From Verrucomicrobiota bacterium (lineage in GTDB: Bacteria > Verrucomicrobiota > Verrucomicrobiia > Opitutales > Cerasicoccaceae), in assembly GCA_039818205.1 (NCBI GenBank), contig JBCBUK010000002.1, positions 96,001 through 160,000 on the forward strand: 64,000 nt of DNA, written 5' to 3'. The notes under the pieces were generated by a model. It did not search any database, had not been told where the DNA came from, and was given only the letters and a program-made list of their open reading frames with translations. The position numbers were made by a program, and so were the translations under genes. How positions within the stretch are numbered: position 1 is the first letter of the stretch; every line of letters starts with the position of its first letter. Positions 10,301 to 20,220 of the stretch are shown one piece after another.

Positions 10301-10905
10301 TCGCAAGTGGCCGCAACGTGAACATTTTGGTTCTGGATACGGAAGTCTATTCCAACACCGGGGGTCAGGCTTCCAAGTCGACGCCGATGGGCGCCGTCGC
10401 CAAGTTTGCCGCTGGTGGTAAGGAGACACCCAAGAAGGACCTCGGGCTGATTGCGATGGGCTATCGCAATGTCTATGTCGCTAAGGTCGCGATGGGGGCC
10501 AGTGAGCGGCAAATGATCGAAGCCTTTGATGAGGCCGAAAGCTACTCAGGTCCCTCGCTCATCATTGCCTACAGCCATTGTATTGCGCACGGCTACAATA
10601 TGAACTTCGGGTTGAGCCAGCAGAAGCTCGCCGTTGATAGTGGGCACTGGCCACTTTATCGTCATGACCCGAGACGGCTCGACAACGGAGACCCCGCTTT
10701 GCGGCTCGATAGTCGCTCGGCCAAGAAATCGCTCCGCGAGTTTGTTGAAAACGAAGTCCGCTTCCGGGCATTAGTTCAGGCGGATCCAGAGCGCTCAAAG
10801 AAGCTCGTCAACCTGGCGCAGGACCAGGCGAGTGACCAGCGCCGGGTCTATGAACGCATTGCCCGAAACGATCGGCCACAGCCCGATAATGGATCACCCA
10901 TCTAA
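7333..10905 (+). CDS. nifJ: pyruvate:ferredoxin (flavodoxin) oxidoreductase, homodimeric type
   Basis: IYPITPS, MQSEGG, SQGLLLMIPN, GLGSDGTVGANKN, two CxxCxxCxxxCP ferredoxin motifs, FEFSGACAGCGE, TPP motif GGDGWAYDIG. Confidence 0.97.
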   Translation: MNKPLSFSITDANEAAASVAYRLSENIAIYPITPSTPMAELSDEWSQAKEPNLWGDVPTVVQMQSEGGVAGALHGALTAGTLATSFTASQGLLLMIPNLYKMAGELTPFVLHVTARSLATHALSIFGDHSDVMSCRQTGFAMLCSNSVQEAQDLAAISHAATLESRVPFMHFFDGFRTSHEINTYEPLSNEVLEALVDTEALHEFHRRGLTPDAPAIRGTAQNPDVFFQAREAVNPYYEALPGKVLAVMQRFGTLTGRSYHPFEYYGAEDATDVIIVMGSAAETCRLVSNRLNKAGGKTGVLVVRLYRPWSMGFFLSKLPRSVERICVLDRTKEPGALGEPLYLDVCSTLHESRALGQLTSDPVVVGGRYGLGSKEFSPAMVNSIFENLAQPEPKNHFTVGIVDDVTRHSLPIDESYRIDLDNFSAVFIGLGSDGTVGANKNTIKIIGNETDNFAQAYFVYDSKKSGAMTVSHLRFGPNEIRAPFLIQSANFVGVHQWQFVNKVNVLKYAHVGATILINSPFAPEKVWAKLPREVQESIIEKGLQLYVIDAYSVARKAGMGGRTNTIMQTCFFAISGILPREEAIAKIKTSIEKTYARKGPAIVEKNFAAVDLALDSLYLVDLPASATTELTLPPPVAPEAPEFVQRVTGVMLAGEGDRLPVSAFPVDGTWPCATSQWEKRNIAKEIPVWDPDVCIQCGKCALVCPHATIRCKHYPESALDEAPDDFLSAVFKDRKIEGHRYSIQVAPEDCTGCGLCVTACPAKNKANPRRKAINLEAHKETIDRERQRWDFFQELPRPERTALGLSTRDTQLREPLFEFSGACAGCGETPYLKLLTQLFGDRLMIANATGCSSIYGGNLPTTPYCTDENGRGPAWSNSLFEDNAEFALGMRLAVDKKTEIARSLLEALAPQLGDTLVREILMSHQRDELAILAQRDRVSELQRKLNHMDNPSAKRLLTFSDFLVEKSVWGVGGDGWAYDIGFGGLDHVLASGRNVNILVLDTEVYSNTGGQASKSTPMGAVAKFAAGGKETPKKDLGLIAMGYRNVYVAKVAMGASERQMIEAFDEAESYSGPSLIIAYSHCIAHGYNMNFGLSQQKLAVDSGHWPLYRHDPRRLDNGDPALRLDSRSAKKSLREFVENEVRFRALVQADPERSKKLVNLAQDQASDQRRVYERIARNDRPQPDNGSPI

Positions 10906-10919
10906 AGAAAGCTCATGTC

Positions 10920-11927
10920 ATGAATTTGGAAACGACCTACCTTGGGATTGAACTACCCCATCCATTCGTATTGGGTGCCTCACCCTTGGCCGCAAACTTG
11001 GACCGCGTCCGGCGGGCCGAGGATGCCGGTGCAGCCGCCATCACACTGCACTCACTGTTTGAGGAACAAGTCTTGCGCTATGAAGCCGGCCTCGACGCGC
11101 ATGTCTACGCGCATCAGGAGAGCTTTGCGGAGGCCGGTGGCTATTTTCCCAGGTCGGCGGAGTTTCATCTGGGTCCAGACGAGTATCTCGACCACATCCG
11201 GGCGTCCCGAAGTGCAGTCGATGTACCAATAATCGCGTCGCTCAACGGAACGCACCTTGGGGGTTGGGCCTACTTTGCCCGACTTATCGAGGAAGCCGGT
11301 GCGAGTGCCTTGGAGCTCAATCTATACTACCAACCGCGTTCAGTGGAGGAGAGCTCCTCTCAAGTGGAAGCACGGCTGATAGAAATTGTTCGATCCGTTT
11401 GCGATACGATCAGTATTCCGGTTGCGGTGAAGGTGTCGCCATTCTTCACGTCGTTGGCCCACTTTGCTCGGCGAATAGGCAACGCGGGAGCGCGAGGATT
11501 AGTTTTGTTTAATCGCTTCTATCAACCCGACATCGACCTTGAAGAGCTCGATACGAAACCAAGAATACAGCTGTCAGATTCCTCGGAGCTGCTCCTGCGG
11601 TTGCGCTGGCTCGCCGTGTTATACAAGCGCACGAGCTTAGACCTGGCGTGCACTGGCGGTGTTCATACTCGGGATGATGCATTGAAAGCGATCATGTCTG
11701 GGGCCGACGTCGTTCAGATGGTTTCGAGTTTACTGGCCAATGGTGTGGAGCGTATAGATTCGATTCGACGTCAGGTTGAGCACTGGATGGAGGAGATGGA
11801 GTATGATTCGCTGGCTCAAATGAAGGGTAGTATGAGTTATCAACATGCACCAAATCCAGAGACAATTGAACGGGGAAACTACTTACGTATTCTGCAATCT
11901 TGGGAACCCGATAAGATACATTGCTAA
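10920..11927 (+). CDS. dihydroorotate dehydrogenase-like flavoprotein (PFOR-associated type)
   Basis: TTYLG..L.HP, SLFEEQ, PIIASLNG, ALELN, PVAVK.SP, LFNRFYQPDID, TGGVH; starts 14 bp after nifJ. Confidence 0.9.
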   Translation: MNLETTYLGIELPHPFVLGASPLAANLDRVRRAEDAGAAAITLHSLFEEQVLRYEAGLDAHVYAHQESFAEAGGYFPRSAEFHLGPDEYLDHIRASRSAVDVPIIASLNGTHLGGWAYFARLIEEAGASALELNLYYQPRSVEESSSQVEARLIEIVRSVCDTISIPVAVKVSPFFTSLAHFARRIGNAGARGLVLFNRFYQPDIDLEELDTKPRIQLSDSSELLLRLRWLAVLYKRTSLDLACTGGVHTRDDALKAIMSGADVVQMVSSLLANGVERIDSIRRQVEHWMEEMEYDSLAQMKGSMSYQHAPNPETIERGNYLRILQSWEPDKIHC

Positions 11928-12034
11928 CCGGGCAAATAAAAAGCGTATTGGAAATCATTGTCGGGCAGCTTGTTAACGGCTTCAATAAAGTTTCAACTTT
12001 CAACATGCTCACGGACTGATACTATGGAGCGTCT

Positions 12035-14782
12035 ATGTCCGTGGAGACCCGTATTCGGCGCCTTCAGGTGACCTCGCCATTCTACGCCCAGCAACTGACC
12101 TTAAATCCGGACTGGATTGACTGGCTTGATAAACCGAAGAACCGAGACTTTGATTTTCGCTATTGCGCCTTGGAAGAACTTTGGGCGCGGGAATGTCAGG
12201 GGGCGGATTTTAGCTTGGCAGCACTGCGGCGGTTCCGGCGTCGCATGTCTTTACGCATAGCTTATCGCGAACTTAATGGTCTGGCTAGGATCGATTCCAG
12301 TTGGCAAGAACTTACCCTGCTGGCGGAATTTGTTTTGCACCGTTTGTGCGAATGGCGCTTTGCCGAAATGACGGAGCGCTCAGGGTTGCCGTTGAACAAT
12401 GATCTTAAGAAGCCCGCAAGGTACTGCATTTTTGCGCTGGGAAAACTGGGGGCAGGGGAGCTTAATTTTTGTTCAGATTTGGATCTGATCTACTGTTACG
12501 ATGGCGATGGCCAATGCCTTAAGAATGGGCAACGAACGGCACTAACGACCCGTGAGTTTTTTGATCGATTTTTTCGACAAGTCTCAGCTGATCTAACCGC
12601 ACCCAACAGTGATGGCGTTCTCTATCATTTGGACTTACGCTTGCGCCCCGAAGGTGATGCCGGTCCGCTGATTCGCACGGCCCAAAGCTTGACCAGTTAT
12701 TATTGGGAGGCAGGGCAGACTTGGGAACGCCTTGCGTGGCTGCGGGGTCGACCAGTTGCTGGGAGTGAGGAACTCGGTCAAAGCATTTTGGAGGAACTAA
12801 ATGCGTTTCGTTATCCGCGGTTTCCACCAGCCAATCTTACACGCGAGGTTGCTGGTGTCAAAATGCGGACCGAGAACGAGATTGATCTAGATGAGCTCGA
12901 TCGAGATATCAAGACGGGCACAGGTGGGATTCGTGAGATCGAGTTTATTGCCCATTCGCTACAGCTAATCCACGGCGGAAAGAATCCATTCCTGCAAACG
13001 CACTCGACGGTTGAAGCGCTCCGTAAGCTTTCGCGTTACGGCGTCTTATCCATGCGAGATGCTCAATTCTTAGACCAAGCCTATCGCTGGCTGAGGCAGC
13101 TAGAAAATTGCCTCCAAATGCGCGGCGAAACGCCTCGGCATTGCTTGCCGAAAAACCGAGACGACCTGGTTGGTTTGGCGGAGTCCATGAATTTGGAGTC
13201 GCCCGAGGTCTTGGTGCAGGAGTTAACGATTTGGCGACAAGGGATCCACGACCTGTATTCGGAACGTTTCCCCGATGATCCACACGAACATGAAATCCAG
13301 GACTGGACCGCTTTTCTGGCGGGTGAAGATCCGAGGCCTACGGTTCGGCAATGCATCGATCGTTGGTTTCCAGATACTGAGGAGGTCGACCGCCGTGTGC
13401 GCACCTTCGTCCTTGGCGATTCTCGTTCGATTGTCACTCGGGCCCGAGTAGCGCGCTTTCTCGATCTGTCGACGAATTTCGATCGCACGCTCCCCCGTCT
13501 GGCGGATCCGATGAGGGCGCTCGAGCGGGTAGGCCGGTTCGCTGAGTGCTACGGCGCCCGCCAGCAGTTCTTCATTGCGGCGGCCAATCCTTCCCTTTTC
13601 CGCTCCCTGAGCCTGCTTTTCGACCGTAGCTCTTTCGTGTTTGATCTGCTTTGTCGCCATCCAGGGATTATGGAAGAGTTACTCCATGAAGCACCCCGGC
13701 GGCTCAAGAGTAGCCAGGATTGTCAGCGAGAGATTCAACTGCTCAAGGACCCAACCGATGAAGACGCATTTGTGCGTCGCCTTTGGCTTTACGTAAAGGC
13801 CGAGCAAGTGCGCATGGCGATCGCTGAGCTGCTTCACGGCATTTCGATCGAAGCGGTGAGCTGGGCCCTGAGTCAGCTGGCGGAGGCGGTGATCCGGGAA
13901 ACGCTCGCGATGACTGGAGTTGGTCGTCAGGTCGGAGTCATCGCTTTGGGCAAATTTGGCGGCGAAGAGTTGTCCCTGGGGTCGGATCTCGATCTCTTGC
14001 TCCTTTCCAAAGAAGCACCTTCGGAGGCGTTGAAAGCCCAGGTGAAGCATTGGTGCGCGATTATTGGGCACAATCCGGGGCTAGGGCCGACCTTCGAGCT
14101 TGATCTGCGACTCCGTCCCTATGGGGACGTTGGACCCCAAATCGTCACCCTTGATTCCCTAAAACGATATCATCAGGGGGGGCACGCGCGTCTTTGGGAA
14201 CGCCAAATGCTGGTTAGGGCACGTCCAATTGCTGGATGCAATGCGGTTCGTCGGGAATTTTTTTCCTGGCACACATCTCTGCTTTATACCCAGCCGCCTA
14301 GTGCCGATGAAATTGAACAGATCTGGATGTTGAGATTTAAGATAGAATCCGAGAAGTCCGTAGAACGAGCTCCCGCCGAGTATGCCTTTAAAACCGGGCC
14401 GGGTGGGCTGCTTGATTTGGAGTTTTTGGCCCAGCTCGTCTCGCTAAAATACGGATTTCGTGAGCCCGATTTGCGGCAACCATGCGTGCATACCTGCCTG
14501 TTGGCGGCGAAAGCCAAACGCTACCTAGATGACTCGTTGGTTGATTGCCTTCTGAGAAATTGGAACTTGTTGCGCAACATAGAGTTCCAGTTGAGGCGTA
14601 AGACCTTTAGGCCGGTGGTAGCTCTGCCTAAGGATGAGGCCATGCGGCGAAGCCTGGCACGTTGGATTGGAATTTCCGATCCAGGAGAGTTCTGGCAGCA
14701 ATACAATGAGATGCTTTCCCAGAATCGAAGCGCCTTTGTGGCATTGTTCGAACAGTTTCGTGAAGGAGTCCCTAATCGGTGA
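12035..14782 (+). CDS. glnE: bifunctional glutamine synthetase adenylyltransferase/adenylyl-removing enzyme
   Basis: Two nucleotidyltransferase halves: GKLGAGELNFCSDLDL / DLRLRPEG / DIKTGTGGIREIEF, and GKFGGEELSLGSDLDL / DLRLRPYG / KTGPGGLLDLEF. Confidence 0.93.
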   Translation: MSVETRIRRLQVTSPFYAQQLTLNPDWIDWLDKPKNRDFDFRYCALEELWARECQGADFSLAALRRFRRRMSLRIAYRELNGLARIDSSWQELTLLAEFVLHRLCEWRFAEMTERSGLPLNNDLKKPARYCIFALGKLGAGELNFCSDLDLIYCYDGDGQCLKNGQRTALTTREFFDRFFRQVSADLTAPNSDGVLYHLDLRLRPEGDAGPLIRTAQSLTSYYWEAGQTWERLAWLRGRPVAGSEELGQSILEELNAFRYPRFPPANLTREVAGVKMRTENEIDLDELDRDIKTGTGGIREIEFIAHSLQLIHGGKNPFLQTHSTVEALRKLSRYGVLSMRDAQFLDQAYRWLRQLENCLQMRGETPRHCLPKNRDDLVGLAESMNLESPEVLVQELTIWRQGIHDLYSERFPDDPHEHEIQDWTAFLAGEDPRPTVRQCIDRWFPDTEEVDRRVRTFVLGDSRSIVTRARVARFLDLSTNFDRTLPRLADPMRALERVGRFAECYGARQQFFIAAANPSLFRSLSLLFDRSSFVFDLLCRHPGIMEELLHEAPRRLKSSQDCQREIQLLKDPTDEDAFVRRLWLYVKAEQVRMAIAELLHGISIEAVSWALSQLAEAVIRETLAMTGVGRQVGVIALGKFGGEELSLGSDLDLLLLSKEAPSEALKAQVKHWCAIIGHNPGLGPTFELDLRLRPYGDVGPQIVTLDSLKRYHQGGHARLWERQMLVRARPIAGCNAVRREFFSWHTSLLYTQPPSADEIEQIWMLRFKIESEKSVERAPAEYAFKTGPGGLLDLEFLAQLVSLKYGFREPDLRQPCVHTCLLAAKAKRYLDDSLVDCLLRNWNLLRNIEFQLRRKTFRPVVALPKDEAMRRSLARWIGISDPGEFWQQYNEMLSQNRSAFVALFEQFREGVPNR

Positions 14783-14873
14783 ATAAATTTAAGTTCAGGT
14801 TCGACAGTCCAGAAGATAACCTTATTGTGAAACATTCGCGTCCTTGAGAGGTCGTTTTAAGAAAGAATTTCAA

Positions 14874-17216
14874 ATGACAGTGCAAAAGCAAAAACTTTTA
14901 AAGATACCCCCCGTTTTGCTGCTCCTGAGTCTCTTTGGGGGTTTGGGCAGCATTCAAGCCATTCCCGTCGACGTTGATTCCTTCCAGACAACCTCGACGA
15001 TGCGTGATGAGACCAAAGAAGTGGTCGATCGCCTTGAAAGTAGTCATTACCTTGGCCAACATATCGAAGATCTTGATGCGAACGAGTTCATCAAGGACTA
15101 CATGGCCGACTGGGATCCGCAACGGATGTACTTCCTCGAAACGGATGTGAAAGACTTTGAACGGCGTTTTTCGCCAAGCCTCAGCAAAATGCTCAATCGA
15201 GGGCACGTGATGCCGGCGTTTGAAGTTTTCCTCAAGTTTCGGAAGAACGTTGAGTCCCGAATGACCTGGGTGCAAAACCGCCTGGCGGAGCCCTTTAATT
15301 TCGCGGGTGAAATGACTTACGCGCCCGACCGCTCGGAGTCAGAATGGCCCGTTAGTTTGAGCGAAGCCAACGGTCTGTGGGAGCGTCGACTCCAGTTCGA
15401 AATGCTCAACGAGATGTTGACTGTTCTTGAACCGGGCACGGACTTGGACGATCTCAGCGAAATGAGCCCCGAAGTTGCAAAGGTAAGATCGGAGGCTGGA
15501 GAAATCGATGACGCCGAGTCCGAAAAATCCGGTCCGAAAACCTTTGACGAGGCCTTGGCTGAAGCGCGCGAAAAGGTCGCCGAACGCTATGACAATATTT
15601 TGAAGTCCGTTCAAGAGATCGAGCCCATCGACGTGCAGGAGGTATATTTGACCGCGTTGACTCACCAATACGATCCGCACTCAACCTTTATGTCGGCGGA
15701 TACTCTGGAAGAGTTTTCGATCGCAATGCGTAACTCGCTTGTTGGAATCGGTGCCGTCCTCTCCGATCAGGATGGATATTGCACCGTGCGGGAGTTGCTC
15801 CCTGGTGGTCCGGCTGAGCGCAGTGGAAAGCTAAAGCCGGAGGATCAGATCGTTGGCGTTGGCCAGGGTGATGACGGAGAAATCGTCGATGTCATCGGAA
15901 TGAAACTCGGCAAGATCGTGAAAATGATTCGTGGGAAGAAGGGCACGATTGTGCGCCTGAAAATTCGCCCAGCTGACGGCGATCCATCGGCCCGCAACAT
16001 GATTGTGCTGACGCGTGATGAGATCAAATTAACCGCCAAATTGGCCAAAGCCGAAGTCTTTCAGGTTCCCGTTGGTGACCGCACCGTTCCAATCGGGGTG
16101 ATTGACCTTCCCGCATTTTATGGTTCGGGCGAGCCTGGCTCAGGATACAATAGCACAACCGAGGATGTTGAGGAATTGATCACCAAGCTCAAAGCCATCG
16201 GAGTCGAAGGGATCGTGCTCGACCTTCGTGCGAATGGCGGCGGATTGCTCTCGGAGGCGATCCGGTTGACCGGTTTGTTCATTCCAATCGGCCCGGTGGT
16301 TCAAGTTCGCGATTACGTCGGCCAGGTTCAGGAATTTTTAGATGATGATCCTAAGCTTGCTTGGGATGGCCCTCTCATGGTTTTGGTTTCGCGCTTCAGC
16401 GCCTCGGCTTCGGAGATTACAGCCGGTGCCTTGAAGAACCACCAGCGGGCGTTGATCGTGGGTGACGAAGAGACCCATGGAAAGGGCACGGTTCAGGCGG
16501 TCTTCGATATGAACCGCGGCGGTTCTTGGTTTAGTTCACTGCGTCCTCGCAAAGGTGCTGCCAAAGTGACCGTTCAAAAGTATTATTTGCCCGATGGTTC
16601 GTCTACGCAGATCGAAGGCGTGAAGTCCGACATCGTGTTGCCATCGATCAATGATTATCTTGCCGTGGGTGAAGGTGAATTTGAAAACGCGCTCGCTTGG
16701 GACTCGATCGACTCGCTTGATTGGGATTATGACGACTCGCGGATTGACGACGGATTAGTCAGCCAGACCATAGTCGAATCGCTCAATGATCGTAGTGTTG
16801 ATCGGCAGGGCAAGATGGAAGAATTTGCTTACCTCAAGGAAAATATCGATTGGTTTAAGGCCCGTCAGGAGCAGAAAGAGTTCTCTCTCAACCTGGATGA
16901 TCGCCGGGAGCGGCGGGTGTCGGACAATTCCTTCCGAGACAACATGGAAGAGCGCTACGACACCTTAGCTGAGAACAACTACGATTCCGACGACGTCTTG
17001 CTGAGCGTTACCGAAGAGCAGAACGCTGAGCACGATGCTCTAATGGCAGCACATGGCTCCGAAGAAGCGGACGAAGAGGCCAATAAAGATCCTCAATTCG
17101 ACATCCAATTGCGCGAAAGCCTGCGAATAATGGCTGACTGGATTGCTCTGGAAAATGGTGAGTTGAGCGAGTCTCAAGCGTTGGCCGTGACTCCTACGGG
17201 CAAGCCTCGCAGCTAG
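14874..17216 (+). CDS. prc: carboxy-terminal processing (tail-specific) protease, S41 family
   Basis: Signal peptide, YDPHS, PDZ (GIGAVL...GGPA), DLRANGGGLL, SASASEI, THGKGTVQ, GSSTQ. Confidence 0.93.
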   Translation: MTVQKQKLLKIPPVLLLLSLFGGLGSIQAIPVDVDSFQTTSTMRDETKEVVDRLESSHYLGQHIEDLDANEFIKDYMADWDPQRMYFLETDVKDFERRFSPSLSKMLNRGHVMPAFEVFLKFRKNVESRMTWVQNRLAEPFNFAGEMTYAPDRSESEWPVSLSEANGLWERRLQFEMLNEMLTVLEPGTDLDDLSEMSPEVAKVRSEAGEIDDAESEKSGPKTFDEALAEAREKVAERYDNILKSVQEIEPIDVQEVYLTALTHQYDPHSTFMSADTLEEFSIAMRNSLVGIGAVLSDQDGYCTVRELLPGGPAERSGKLKPEDQIVGVGQGDDGEIVDVIGMKLGKIVKMIRGKKGTIVRLKIRPADGDPSARNMIVLTRDEIKLTAKLAKAEVFQVPVGDRTVPIGVIDLPAFYGSGEPGSGYNSTTEDVEELITKLKAIGVEGIVLDLRANGGGLLSEAIRLTGLFIPIGPVVQVRDYVGQVQEFLDDDPKLAWDGPLMVLVSRFSASASEITAGALKNHQRALIVGDEETHGKGTVQAVFDMNRGGSWFSSLRPRKGAAKVTVQKYYLPDGSSTQIEGVKSDIVLPSINDYLAVGEGEFENALAWDSIDSLDWDYDDSRIDDGLVSQTIVESLNDRSVDRQGKMEEFAYLKENIDWFKARQEQKEFSLNLDDRRERRVSDNSFRDNMEERYDTLAENNYDSDDVLLSVTEEQNAEHDALMAAHGSEEADEEANKDPQFDIQLRESLRIMADWIALENGELSESQALAVTPTGKPRS

Positions 17217-17271
17217 GGTTGATTTCCATTGCCAAGGCAATTAGGATTAGTAATAAATCTGATCCAACCTT

Positions 17272-17586
17272 ATGTCTACTGAACATTTTTCTGTTAAAGA
17301 TACTGAGACTGGACGGGAGATCGTTTTTCAGGGCCAACTTCACGCAGCTGTGTGTGGCGCGATGAATGACGATCTCGTGTCTGAATGTGAAAACTGCGAG
17401 GGCGCGTTGACGTTCGATATGACGGCGGTGACGTTCGTATCCTCCTCATTTCTGCGTCTGGTGCTCACCGCAAATCGGATGAAGGGGCGTGAGGGATTTG
17501 CTGTGACCAACGTCCAGCCCGAGGTCAAAAAAGTTTTCAAGATGGCAGGGCTATGGGACGCATTGGGCATGGCTAGGACAAACTAA
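17272..17586 (+). CDS. STAS-domain anti-sigma-factor antagonist
   Basis: FDMTAVTFVSSSFLR and V.PEVKKVFKMAG STAS signature. Confidence 0.85.
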   Translation: MSTEHFSVKDTETGREIVFQGQLHAAVCGAMNDDLVSECENCEGALTFDMTAVTFVSSSFLRLVLTANRMKGREGFAVTNVQPEVKKVFKMAGLWDALGMARTN

Positions 17587-17604
17587 TCCTACCGTTCCCT
17601 CGAA

Positions 17605-18084
17605 ATGCCGATTCAGATCTCCTACCTGGCTGACCACCCTGAATGGATTGCCAAGGTAGCTGAATGGTTTGAGGAAGAATGGGGCAGCGTTTGGAAGCCC
17701 AGGACTTTTAATGGTTGGTGGGACATCGCCGCCAATCACTCGAATCACTCTCGGTTGCCGATCGCCTATGTTGCCCATAAAAATGGTCGGATTTTTGGAG
17801 CAGCTGCGTTGGACCCGCATCCGCCGATACCGCTCCTGGATGAGTTTGCGGGGGCCTGGATGAGTGGCCTGTTTCTCGAGCGCGATCCGTACGAGGAATA
17901 TCACAAGGCGCTTATGGTCCAAAAGATTTGCGAAACGGCTCTTTCGTTTGACCACTTGAAAATTCACACCATCGCCCGCGTTGCGGACCAGAGATTCAAT
18001 TACGAAGGCCATGGATGGGAACAGGTGGGCACGGTTGAAATGGCAGCCTGTCAAGTGAGAGTCCTGCAAATGATTGTTCGTTAG
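17605..18084 (+). CDS. GNAT-fold protein with degenerate acetyl-CoA motif
   Basis: I.YLADHPEWI..VAEW..EEWG, LPIAYVA...G.AAL, WMSGLF and Y..HGW resemble a common GNAT family. Confidence 0.65.
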   Translation: MPIQISYLADHPEWIAKVAEWFEEEWGSVWKPRTFNGWWDIAANHSNHSRLPIAYVAHKNGRIFGAAALDPHPPIPLLDEFAGAWMSGLFLERDPYEEYHKALMVQKICETALSFDHLKIHTIARVADQRFNYEGHGWEQVGTVEMAACQVRVLQMIVR

Positions 18085-18230
18085 GTGTTTGCGTCTTTGT
18101 AACTTGTTTGTTTTTCTTTTGAGCTGGCCCGATTGGACATTCTTTTGCCATCATGCTATTTTTTCCCCGTCGTTGAACATTTCAATTGATTTGCGGTCGT
18201 AATAGAATCCTGCTTCACTGAATTCTTTTT

Positions 18231-20036
18231 ATGGGTGGAACATCATCGTTTATCGAAGCTCTTTTCTCCAGTGCCTGGGGGATTGTTTTAGTACTCATCT
18301 TCTTCAATGGTTCCATCATTGTGCACGAGCTGGGGCACTACCTCGCCGCACGGTGGCGTGGTCTCAAAGTGGAGCGCTTTTCGCTGTTTGGCCTTGGGCC
18401 AAAGCTCATCAGCTGGAAGGGCAAGGACGACGTTGAATACTGCATTTGCGCGATTCCGTTCGGCGCCTACGTGGCACTCCCGCAGCTGGCGGAGATGCGC
18501 GCGCTTGAAGGCGACGGCGATGCAAAGGAAAGTCTACCGCCAATTAGCTATTCCGACAAAATGTACGTCGCATTTGCGGGACCGTTTTTCAATCTGATTT
18601 TGGCTATCATCGTTGCGTGCGTGGGCTGGTATGTCGGCTATCCGACTGAGAAAGGCTACGAGAGCCCGGAGATCGGGTACGTTTACCAAGAGTTGGACGA
18701 GGGTATTGAAGGACCAGCCTACAAAGCTGGGCTTCGCCCGGGAGACGTGATTGTGGCTGTTGACGGAGAGCCGGTTGAGAAGTTCAAGCAAGTTCCCGAG
18801 CTGGTTGCTCTGGGTTCCCGCAAAACCGACGATGGCCAGCCAGTGAGCGTCTTTACGATTTCCCGAAACGGAGAGACGAAGGATATAACCATTTACCCTG
18901 AGATGATGCTCCAGAATACGGGCTCGGGCGACAAAATGCGCCGCATTGGTATCGAGGCAACTACCTCTTTGATTGTGGGTGGCATCTTGGAGAATTCGCC
19001 GGCTGAACGGGCAGGCCTACAGACCGGAGATCATATCAAGTCAATCGATGGGCAACCCGTTTACAGTATCCGCCACATTAGCCAGCTGCTGAATGAGCGT
19101 AAGAATCAGAAGGTGGGAGTCATCGTAGACAGGGCGGGAGAGGATGTGCCGTTGGAGATCGACGCGCTACCGGTACCTATAACCCGTCCGATCGCCCGGT
19201 TGACCTTGCCAGAAGAGGGTGGATTGGCTTTTGAGGTCATTCCCCTTTACGATCCGGAATCGACCGCCGACCAAGCGGATACGAATACGAAATCTACGTT
19301 GATTCTGTTTTCTCTCGAGGCTGGACGATCCGTGATTGCCTCGGATGGCGACTGGATAATTGAGAAGATTAACGGACAGAAAGTCGATTCGGTGGCATCG
19401 CTTAACAGCCTGATTGGCGCCGCAAACCAATCCGAGCCCCTTGAAGTGACCTTAAATAACGGTGACGTCACCCGTAACCGGCAATTGCCCGCGGGGATCG
19501 GAATTGAGATCGTAGCCCCCGAGGAAAAGGTCATGCTCGGCTTTGGCGGAATGGCGGAGCGTATTTTGGTCTATCAACAACCCCTTGATCAATTTGAAGA
19601 GCATATCAAGCGCACTTTCAGGACCTTGGGTAGCCTCTTGAGCCCATCATCGGATATCGGTGTAAGGCACCTCTCGGGTCCAGTCGGAATTACAACCAGC
19701 CTCTATCGAATAGCCCAGTTTGACTGGCGTTTGGTCCTGTGGTTCGCGGTCCTGCTGAACATTAATCTAGCGATCTTGAATCTTTTGCCGATTCCGGTGC
19801 TGGATGGTGGCCATATGATGTTTGCCACGATCGGAAAAGTTTGGGGCAAGCCTCTGCCGATTAGTTTCATTGCGAATGTGCAGGCCGCTTTCATGATCGT
19901 GCTTTTGGGCGTCATGTTCTACGTGCTGTATTTCGACTCGATGCGCGAAGTTGGTTACCACGAAGAGCGCCAACAATACCAGCGCGAGGCGACCTATGGC
20001 ATTCGGGCTGAGTTCCGGCCCGAGCGTTACAACTAG
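18231..20036 (+). CDS. rseP: RIP intramembrane metalloprotease with PDZ domains
   Basis: HELGH zinc motif, AGP.FN, PDZ repeats (GPAYKAGLRPGD, SPAERAGLQTGD), LSGPVGI, NLLPIPVLDGGH. Confidence 0.95.
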   Translation: MGGTSSFIEALFSSAWGIVLVLIFFNGSIIVHELGHYLAARWRGLKVERFSLFGLGPKLISWKGKDDVEYCICAIPFGAYVALPQLAEMRALEGDGDAKESLPPISYSDKMYVAFAGPFFNLILAIIVACVGWYVGYPTEKGYESPEIGYVYQELDEGIEGPAYKAGLRPGDVIVAVDGEPVEKFKQVPELVALGSRKTDDGQPVSVFTISRNGETKDITIYPEMMLQNTGSGDKMRRIGIEATTSLIVGGILENSPAERAGLQTGDHIKSIDGQPVYSIRHISQLLNERKNQKVGVIVDRAGEDVPLEIDALPVPITRPIARLTLPEEGGLAFEVIPLYDPESTADQADTNTKSTLILFSLEAGRSVIASDGDWIIEKINGQKVDSVASLNSLIGAANQSEPLEVTLNNGDVTRNRQLPAGIGIEIVAPEEKVMLGFGGMAERILVYQQPLDQFEEHIKRTFRTLGSLLSPSSDIGVRHLSGPVGITTSLYRIAQFDWRLVLWFAVLLNINLAILNLLPIPVLDGGHMMFATIGKVWGKPLPISFIANVQAAFMIVLLGVMFYVLYFDSMREVGYHEERQQYQREATYGIRAEFRPERYN

Positions 20037-20135
20037 GCGGGCCTCAGTTTGGCCTCCTGACAAAGTCTAAAATCGGTTCAATGTCGGCATTGACATTGCC
20101 GGAAGAGCCGTTCATTTATCCTTCCTTCTTCACTT

Positions 20136-20220
20136 GCTCGGGTGGCGGAATTGGCAGACGCGCTGGGTTTAGGTTCCAGTGTCCTAGGACGTGCAGGTTC
20201 GACCCCTGTCCCGAGTACCA
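20136..20220 (+). tRNA. tRNA-Leu (anticodon TAG)
   Basis: Acceptor stem GCTCGGG/CCCGAGT, D-arm GGCGGAATTGGCAGACGC, anticodon arm CTGGG-TTTAGGT-TCCAG, long variable arm, GGTTCGACCC T-loop, encoded CCA. Confidence 0.97.
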
